From contig SKND01000035.1 of assembly GCA_007120695.1 (NCBI GenBank), positions 2,650 to 66,649 of the forward strand: 64,000 nucleotides of DNA, given 5' to 3'. The notes under the pieces are model-generated. The model was not told the origin of the DNA, ran no database searches, and saw only the letters and a program-made list of their open reading frames with translations. Below, piece after piece: positions 57,556 through 64,000 of this stretch; position 1 is the first letter of the stretch; each line of letters opens with the position of its first letter. Origin of the DNA: Bacteroidales bacterium (GTDB taxonomy: Bacteria; Bacteroidota; Bacteroidia; Bacteroidales; PUMT01). A program made the position numbers and the translations under genes.

Positions 57556-59694
57556 ATGGCAAGGTATCACGTTGAAAAAATTTCAGCTCTGATGGGTCTG
57601 CCGGTCCGGCAGGTTGAGAATACCCTTAAACTGCTTGAAGAGGGTGCTACGATCCCGTTTATAAGCCGCTACCGGAAAGAAATGACTGGAAGCCTTGATG
57701 AGGTTAGCATTGCGGATATCAGTGGACATAATAAACGACTGGAAGATCTGGACAAAAGGAGGGAAGCTATACTGAAGTCGGTCGAAGAACAGGAAAAGCT
57801 CACTCCCGGACTGAAACAGGTTATAGATGCTGCTGAAAGCCTTACAGAACTTGAGGATATATATCTTCCGTATAAACCAAAAAGAAAAACCCGGGCTTCC
57901 ATCGCAAGAGAGAAGGGTCTGGAGCAGCTTGCCAGGCTGATAATGCATCAGAAAGAACTTGATATCGAATCGAAGGCGCATGATTTTATTAGTGATGATG
58001 TGTCGGGTGTGGAGGATGCATTGCAGGGAGCAAGGGACATAATTGCCGAATGGATAAATGAGGATAAGACAGCAAGAGACAGGATACGTTCACTTTTTGA
58101 AAGAGAGGCTTACATTTATTCAAGGGTTGTCAAAAAGAAAGAAGAAGAGGGGGTAAAATACAGAGACTATTTTGATTTTGAAGAGAGATTAAGCCGTTGT
58201 CCTTCGCACAGGATCCTGGCAATGAGAAGAGGAGAGGAAGAGGGCGTGTTAAGGTTATCTGTCGAACCTTCTCAGGAGAAAGCTCAGGAAATTCTCTGCA
58301 GGTTATTTGTGAAGGGTGCCGGCAGTTGTTCACTGCAGGTTGATATGGCTGTGTCAGACAGCTACAGGCGATTACTGGCACCATCAATGGAGACGGAGTT
58401 CCGTGCTCTTTCAAAGGAGAAAGCAGATATGGAGGCTATATCGGTTTTTGCCGGGAATCTCAAGCAGTTGCTATTGGCCCCGCCACTGGGACAAAAACGG
58501 ATACTGGCCGTTGATCCGGGTTACCGGACAGGCTGTAAGGTTGTCTGTCTGGATGCACAGGGTAACCTGTTGCATAATGAGACTATCTTTCCGCATCCCC
58601 CGCAAAATGAATCTAAAGCAGCTGCAAGAAAAATCGCTTCGCTTGTAAACCAGTACAAGATAGAAGCGGTTTCAGTAGGAAACGGTACAGCCAGCAGGGA
58701 GACCGAGCATTTTATAAAAAATGTAAAATTTGACAGGGAGGTGCAGGTTTTTATGGTTAACGAAAGTGGTGCTTCGGTCTATTCTGCATCAAAAACTGCA
58801 AGGGATGAGTTTCCGGGTTATGATGTTACAGTGCGTGGTGCAGTATCAATCGGCCGGCGGCTTGCAGATCCGCTTGCCGAGCTTGTAAAGATAGAACCGA
58901 AATCAATTGGGGTGGGACAGTATCAGCATGATGTTGATCAGAACAAACTAAAAGAGAGCCTTGACCAGGTAGTAGAAAGCTGTGTTAACCAGGTTGGTGT
59001 CAATCTTAATACTGCCAGCAGGCATCTGCTGACCTATGTTTCGGGACTTGGTCCCCAGCTGGCCGGGAATATTGTGGAATTCAGGAAAGAACACGGACCA
59101 TTCGGATCCAGAAACGAACTTATGAATGTGAGCCGTCTCGGTGGAAAAGCATTTGAACAGTGTGCAGGATTTCTCCGTATACCCGGAGGAAAAAATCCTC
59201 TTGACAACTCCGCAGTCCATCCGGAATCGTATGGGATAGTTGAAAGAATGGCTGAAGATACGGGGGCAACGGTTGAGGATCTGATAAAAAGAGAGGAACT
59301 CAGAAAGCAGATTGACCTTAATCACTACATAACCAATAAAGCCGGTCTGCCAACGTTGAATGACATAATGGAGGAACTGATCAGGCCAGGACGGGATCCC
59401 CGTAACAGGATAGAGGTTTTCGAATTTTCCAGTGATGTATTCAGGATTGAGGATCTGAAACCGGGAATGATCGTACCCGGAATTGTTACCAATATTACAA
59501 ATTTCGGAGCATTTGTGGATGTTGGGGTGAAACAGGACGGACTGGTTCATATTTCGCAGCTTGCAGACAGATTCATTAGCAATCCCAATGAAGTGGTCAG
59601 CCTTAATCAGACTGTTAAAGTCAGGGTTCTGGAAGTGGATGTGGCAAGAAAGAGGATCCAGCTAAGCATGAGAGATTTGTCTGAAGCAAAATGA
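57556..59694 (+). CDS. tex: Tex-like transcription accessory protein (YqgF/RuvC-like, HhH and S1 domains)
   Basis: 712 aa. Motifs TIPFISRYRKE, ILAVDPGYRTGCK, SIGVGQYQHD and the C-terminal S1 domain GMIVPGIVTNITNFGAFVDVG. Confidence 0.95.
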   Translation: MARYHVEKISALMGLPVRQVENTLKLLEEGATIPFISRYRKEMTGSLDEVSIADISGHNKRLEDLDKRREAILKSVEEQEKLTPGLKQVIDAAESLTELEDIYLPYKPKRKTRASIAREKGLEQLARLIMHQKELDIESKAHDFISDDVSGVEDALQGARDIIAEWINEDKTARDRIRSLFEREAYIYSRVVKKKEEEGVKYRDYFDFEERLSRCPSHRILAMRRGEEEGVLRLSVEPSQEKAQEILCRLFVKGAGSCSLQVDMAVSDSYRRLLAPSMETEFRALSKEKADMEAISVFAGNLKQLLLAPPLGQKRILAVDPGYRTGCKVVCLDAQGNLLHNETIFPHPPQNESKAAARKIASLVNQYKIEAVSVGNGTASRETEHFIKNVKFDREVQVFMVNESGASVYSASKTARDEFPGYDVTVRGAVSIGRRLADPLAELVKIEPKSIGVGQYQHDVDQNKLKESLDQVVESCVNQVGVNLNTASRHLLTYVSGLGPQLAGNIVEFRKEHGPFGSRNELMNVSRLGGKAFEQCAGFLRIPGGKNPLDNSAVHPESYGIVERMAEDTGATVEDLIKREELRKQIDLNHYITNKAGLPTLNDIMEELIRPGRDPRNRIEVFEFSSDVFRIEDLKPGMIVPGIVTNITNFGAFVDVGVKQDGLVHISQLADRFISNPNEVVSLNQTVKVRVLEVDVARKRIQLSMRDLSEAK

Positions 59695-59873
59695 GTTATG
59701 CCTATCCTGTCCGGAGTATTTGGATGAACCCCATGATACTAAAGTCTCACAAAATTGAATAACCTGTTTTAAACAGATAAAAAGGTTCATGTATATTTTA
59801 ATCATGGATATTGACAGGATCAGACGTGCAAATCTCATATGAATGGGTAGTCTTGAGTAAATTACTTTTATTA

Positions 59874-59904
59874 TTTGAAATTGGCATGTGTTATGTTAAT
59901 TTTG
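59874..59904 (+). promoter_or_regulatory. Bacteroidota-type promoter for the DUF4914-like gene
   Basis: TTTG (59874..59877), a 19-nt spacer, then TAATTTTG (59897..59904). The predicted leader is about 65-70 nt. Confidence 0.55.
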
Positions 59905-59977
59905 CACTTGATTTTCCGGAAGAAGCATTCCTTATTACTTTCTTTTTTCATAATTCAAATTAAATCAATATACCAGC

Positions 59978-61843
59978 ATGTCGTCAGAAACAATTAAAAT
60001 TCCTGCAGAGGTATCAAGCCTGCTGCAAAATTGCAAAAGCTGTAAGTTATTTAATACTGTACAGGAGCTTGCGGTAGCTTCACTCGGTAATTCAGATAGC
60101 AATTCCTTTGAAGTTAAGTACAACATCGAGGGCAAAGAGGTTGCAGAGGCAGTAGTGCATCGCGTAACCAATGGTATATCAGTTAATTATACTGATACAT
60201 ACATGCGAAGGAGAGATCCAGATACGCTGGTTGTTGCCGATGACAAACCAACTGACAAAGAGCTGTACTCCGAAAGATTTGGAAAAGAGTTCGGACCTCT
60301 GCGGGATGAGACACTTAAATGGCTGGAAAATGAGGAGATTGGATATTTTTATTTTCAGATCGGTCCGAAAGAATTTGATTATTACGGGATTGCGATTGCA
60401 CCAGCCAATGCTGCCTTCTTTTGCATGGGGCTATCATTACTGCAAAAGATCGTTGACCCCGAAGAGATCAAAAAGGGAATTACCGTAAAGTCGGTGGTCT
60501 ATGTAGCACCGACATTCAGGCATACACATTTTCAGGGTAAGCAGATTGTTGTCCACAACAGAACCGATGAAGTATATGAGATTTTCTCATATAACCTCTA
60601 TCCTGGTCCCAGTGCAAAAAAAGGAATATACGGGGTCCTCTTATCCATTGGAGAATACGAGGGATGGACCGTTCCGCATTGTTCGGCAGTGCAGTCGATC
60701 AGCCCCTACGATAATATCACCACCTTTATGCACGAGGGAGCCAGTGGAGGTGGTAAAAGTGAGATGTTGCAGCATATCGTAAGAGAACCTGAGGGTTCAG
60801 TTCTCATTGGAGAAAACACGCTGACTGGAGAAAAAAGATCAACAGCTATTCCCCAGTTCTGTAAGATAAATCCGGTTTGTGATGATATGGGTATCGTGCA
60901 TCCTTCTCATGAAACCGGTGGTATGCGTCTGAGGATTATGGATGCTGAGAACGGATGGTTTATAAGAACCGACAATATTACCGGTTACGGTTGTGAACCT
61001 CAGATTGAGAAACTTACAATCAACTCCACCGAACCTCTGCTGTTTCTCAATATCAAGACCAATCCGGGAGGAACCGCTCTGATATGGAACCATATAGAAG
61101 ATGAGCCCGGTAAACCCTGCCCTAATCCCAGGGTTGTTGTACCAAGAGATATCTTTCCCGGAGTGGTCGATAAGCCGGTATCTGTTGATGTAAGAAGCTT
61201 TGGCGTCAGGACACCTCCTTGTTCAGCAGAGCATCCCAGCTATGGGATTATCGGGGTTTTCCACATACTTCCTCCTGCCCTGGCGTGGTTATGGAGACTT
61301 GTGTCGCCCAGGGGGCATGCCAACCCAAGCATTGTGGACTCCGAAAATATGGGCAGTGAGGGCGTTGGCTCATACTGGCCGTTTGCTACAGGTAAAAAGG
61401 TCAGGCATGCCAACCTGCTTCTGGATCAGATTGTAAGCAACACAGTTACGCAATATGTTCTGACACCGAATCAGTATATAGGTGTCTGGAAAGTTGGGTT
61501 TAAACCCCAACTGCTGATGCGGGAGTATCTTACCCGTCGTGGCAACGCCAAATTCAGATCTGAACAATATCAGCCTGCACGTTGTCCATTGCTGGGTTAT
61601 GAGCTGAATTACCTGACCATTGAAGGGTCAAAGATACCGTCGCGATTTTTGAAGGTTTACAGGCAGGAGGCTGTTGGATTTGAAGGGTATGACAAAGGTG
61701 CTGAGATGCTGACAGCTTTTTTCGAAAAACAGCTTCCGCAATATCTTGTTCCCGAATTGTCGGATCTGGGTAAGCAGATAATTGAAACATGCCTGGAGAA
61801 TGGCAATATGGAACAATTCGACAAATTAATTTCAAAGCGTTAA
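59978..61843 (+). CDS. uncharacterised P-loop protein (DUF4914-like), possible PEPCK/HPr-kinase-fold kinase
   Basis: 621 aa with no signal peptide. The P-loop is HEGASGGGKSEM (G254..S261, 60737..60763). The family name is from memory and was not searched. Confidence 0.5.
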   Translation: MSSETIKIPAEVSSLLQNCKSCKLFNTVQELAVASLGNSDSNSFEVKYNIEGKEVAEAVVHRVTNGISVNYTDTYMRRRDPDTLVVADDKPTDKELYSERFGKEFGPLRDETLKWLENEEIGYFYFQIGPKEFDYYGIAIAPANAAFFCMGLSLLQKIVDPEEIKKGITVKSVVYVAPTFRHTHFQGKQIVVHNRTDEVYEIFSYNLYPGPSAKKGIYGVLLSIGEYEGWTVPHCSAVQSISPYDNITTFMHEGASGGGKSEMLQHIVREPEGSVLIGENTLTGEKRSTAIPQFCKINPVCDDMGIVHPSHETGGMRLRIMDAENGWFIRTDNITGYGCEPQIEKLTINSTEPLLFLNIKTNPGGTALIWNHIEDEPGKPCPNPRVVVPRDIFPGVVDKPVSVDVRSFGVRTPPCSAEHPSYGIIGVFHILPPALAWLWRLVSPRGHANPSIVDSENMGSEGVGSYWPFATGKKVRHANLLLDQIVSNTVTQYVLTPNQYIGVWKVGFKPQLLMREYLTRRGNAKFRSEQYQPARCPLLGYELNYLTIEGSKIPSRFLKVYRQEAVGFEGYDKGAEMLTAFFEKQLPQYLVPELSDLGKQIIETCLENGNMEQFDKLISKR

Positions 61844-61899
61844 TAATATAAAGGTTGAAAGTGTTATTGCCTTTAACCTATAATCATAACCAGTAAAAA

Positions 61900-64000
61900 A
61901 TGAAACATTTATCAGAACTATTTACAATTATGCTATACTTTTCACTCTCTATTATGTCAAATTCCTGTACAGGAACAAAGCCTGCTGCACCGGTTGCAGA
62001 GAAAAAGCCACACGAACTGACTTACCATGGTCACACCAGGGTTGATAATTATTACTGGCTGCGTGAGCGGGAAGATCCGGCGGTAATTGCCTACCTGGAA
62101 GCAGAGAATGAGTATACGGATGCTGTACTTAAACATACTGAACCTCTTCAGGAAAGGCTGTATAATGAAATAATCGGAAGAATAAAGCAGACCGATGAGT
62201 CTGTTCCCTATTTTGATAATGGATATTATTATTATACAAGATATGAGGAGGGAAGTGAATTTCCGATATACTGCCGGAAAGAAGGCTCGCCGGATGCGCC
62301 GGAGGAAATAATGATAAATGTAAATGATCTGGCTGAAGGTCATAGCTTTTTTAATGTATCCGGGCTGAATGTCAGTCCTGATAACAAAATTCTGGCTTTC
62401 GGCATCGATTCTGTTGGACGCAGAAAGTATGCTCTCCGTTTTAAAGACCTTGAAACAGGAGAAATTCTCCCTGACCGGATATCAGGAACCAACGGATATG
62501 TTGCCTGGGCGGGGGACAGCAGGACAATGTTTTATACTACTCAAAATGATGTTACACTCAGATCAGAAAATGTTTACAGGCATGTTCTTGGCAATGATCC
62601 GGATAATCGCGACCTGGTTTACTATGAGGAAGACGAAACTTACAGGGTTGGTGTGTTCACCACAAAGTCCAGGAAGTATATAATGATCGTTTCATCCAGT
62701 ACTCTTTCAACCGAATACCGTTATGCGGAAGCCTCCTCGCCGGCAGGTGATTTCACCTTGTTTCACCCAAGGGAAAGGGATATGAGATACAGTGTAGACC
62801 ATCATGGAGATAAATTTTATATTCTCACTAACTGGGATGCCATGAATTTCAGGTTAATGGAGACTACAACAGGCAGGAGCTCAAAAGAGTACTGGAGTGA
62901 GCTGATTCCGCACAGGGATGATGTATTGCTGAGCAATATGGAGATATTCAATGACTACCTGGTACTGTCGGAAAGGAAGAATGGCCTTCGTCAGTTGTAT
63001 GTTTACCGCTGGGACGACATGACCGGGTATTATATTGATTTTCCGGAAGAGGTTTATACTGCATCTGTATCTGTTAATCCGGATTTCGACAGTGAAATGC
63101 TCAGATTAAATTATACTTCGCTAACAACTCCAAACTCTGTTTTTGATTTCAATATGAAAACCCGGGAGAGGGTATTGCTCAAGCAGGATGAAGTTCTTGG
63201 TGATTTCGATCCTTCAGGTTATGAGGCAAGAAGATTGTATGCAACAGCAGGTGACGGGACCAGTATTCCTGTTTCCATTGTATATAAAAAGGGAATCGAA
63301 CAGGATGGTACAAATCCGACCCTCCTTTATGGATACGGTTCATACGGAGCGAGTATGGATCCGAGGTTCAGCTCTGTCCGCCTCAGTCTGCTCGATAGGG
63401 GGTTTATATATGCCATTGCACACATAAGAGGAGGAGAGGAGATGGGACGGTACTGGTACGAAGAAGGTAAGCTGCTCAAAAAGATCAATACATTTACAGA
63501 TTTTAATGATTGTGCACAGTTCCTTATTGATCAGAATTATACAAATCCACAAAAACTGTTTGCACAGGGTGGAAGTGCCGGAGGGTTGCTTATAGGAGCT
63601 GTGATTAACATGAGGCCTGAATTATACAGGGGCGTCATCGCCGCAGTTCCTTTTGTGGATGTTGTAACAACTATGCTGGATGACAGTATACCGCTGACTA
63701 CCAGCGAATATGATGAGTGGGGCAATCCGAATGATGAAACTTATTATAACTATATGCTCTCATATTCACCCTACGATCAGGTGAGCAGACAGGATTATCC
63801 TTCGATGCTTGTAACGGCAGGTCTTCACGATTCACAGGTACAATACTGGGAACCGGCCAAATGGGTTGCCAAACTGAGGGAATATAAGACAAACAATAAT
63901 AAATTGCTGCTTTACACCAATATGGAGGCCGGTCACGGTGGTGCTGCCGGCAGGTATCAACGCTACCGTGAAATTGCCCTGGAATATGCCTTCCTGATTG
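61900..64000 (+). CDS. ptrB: oligopeptidase B / protease II (S9A prolyl oligopeptidase family), 3' end beyond the window
   Basis: The frame is open from ATG 61900 to the window edge, so it is not in the track. The lipoprotein-like signal is SIMSNSC. Motifs HGHTRVDNYYWLRERED, the catalytic Ser in FAQGGSAGGLL (63574..63576), and His in NMEAGHGG near 63930. Confidence 0.9.
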   Translation, partial: MKHLSELFTIMLYFSLSIMSNSCTGTKPAAPVAEKKPHELTYHGHTRVDNYYWLREREDPAVIAYLEAENEYTDAVLKHTEPLQERLYNEIIGRIKQTDESVPYFDNGYYYYTRYEEGSEFPIYCRKEGSPDAPEEIMINVNDLAEGHSFFNVSGLNVSPDNKILAFGIDSVGRRKYALRFKDLETGEILPDRISGTNGYVAWAGDSRTMFYTTQNDVTLRSENVYRHVLGNDPDNRDLVYYEEDETYRVGVFTTKSRKYIMIVSSSTLSTEYRYAEASSPAGDFTLFHPRERDMRYSVDHHGDKFYILTNWDAMNFRLMETTTGRSSKEYWSELIPHRDDVLLSNMEIFNDYLVLSERKNGLRQLYVYRWDDMTGYYIDFPEEVYTASVSVNPDFDSEMLRLNYTSLTTPNSVFDFNMKTRERVLLKQDEVLGDFDPSGYEARRLYATAGDGTSIPVSIVYKKGIEQDGTNPTLLYGYGSYGASMDPRFSSVRLSLLDRGFIYAIAHIRGGEEMGRYWYEEGKLLKKINTFTDFNDCAQFLIDQNYTNPQKLFAQGGSAGGLLIGAVINMRPELYRGVIAAVPFVDVVTTMLDDSIPLTTSEYDEWGNPNDETYYNYMLSYSPYDQVSRQDYPSMLVTAGLHDSQVQYWEPAKWVAKLREYKTNNNKLLLYTNMEAGHGGAAGRYQRYREIALEYAFLI

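Noticed and set aside
58948-59550. This is one of several long antisense ORFs. The others are 19963..20538, 54281..54835, 16996..17478, 48129..48554, 1963..2415, 46350..46763 and 53089..53502.
   Set aside because: Each lies entirely inside, and opposite to, a gene with strong family motifs. None has a signal sequence, promoter or recognisable domain.
1-64000. I looked for CRISPR arrays, tRNA/rRNA/tmRNA genes, transposases, integrases, phage blocks, toxin-antitoxin pairs, restriction-modification genes and other defence genes.
   Set aside because: No spacer-separated repeats, cloverleaf-like intergenic sequences or recognisable mobile or defence protein motifs were seen. All intergenic gaps are 410 bp or shorter, and the gene content is core housekeeping. 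Detection was by eye only, so small ncRNAs could have been missed.

Overview
This is a dense chromosomal segment with about 47 CDS and short intergenic gaps. I assign it to a Bacteroidota bacterium, probably an anaerobic Bacteroidales- or Marinilabiliales-like lineage. The evidence is T9SS C-terminal sorting domains, gldF-gldG, no Shine-Dalgarno sequences, and five promoters fitting the Bacteroidota grammar (T)TTG - 19 nt - TAnnTTTG. The content is mostly housekeeping. Envelope biogenesis: tamB-like (partial), lpxB, SpoIID-like, an OstA-like gene plus three SurA/parvulin-type genes, and a FadL-like OMP. Replication and repair: dnaN, a DnaQ-like exonuclease, recG, recQ, and a WRN/RNase D-like exonuclease. 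Translation and RNA: tsaD, pheT, rlmI, tex, and an RRM protein. Metabolism: PPi-type PFK, guaB, surE, PduO-type adenosyltransferase, and an FAH-family protein. There is a complete Rnf operon (rseC-like-rnfBCDGEA). A small glycan locus holds a GH2 relic, a GH3 gene and a GT4 fusion. There is also a 1383-aa gingipain-family (C25) T9SS protease. I saw no rRNA, tRNA, CRISPR array, transposase/integrase, prophage or recognisable defence genes. I could not identify a convincing new multi-gene system, and the window looks like core genome. The most unusual items are: (i) an RnfG that is an internal tandem duplication with two FMN-binding domains; (ii) a 5 x 22-bp head-to-tail repeat array filling the upstream region of a serine-hydrolase gene; (iii) a DUF4914-like 621-aa protein with an HPr-kinase/PEPCK-style P-loop; (iv) a membrane-anchored GH3 followed by a GT4 glycosyltransferase fused to an uncharacterised about 350-aa domain, next to an internally deleted GH2 relic; (v) a recQ-DUF5063-exonuclease module resembling a split Werner-type enzyme; (vi) a tamB-like gene whose membrane anchor is only encoded if translation starts at a non-canonical ATC. 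All family assignments come from reading motifs by eye and from memory of the families. No database search or alignment was run.
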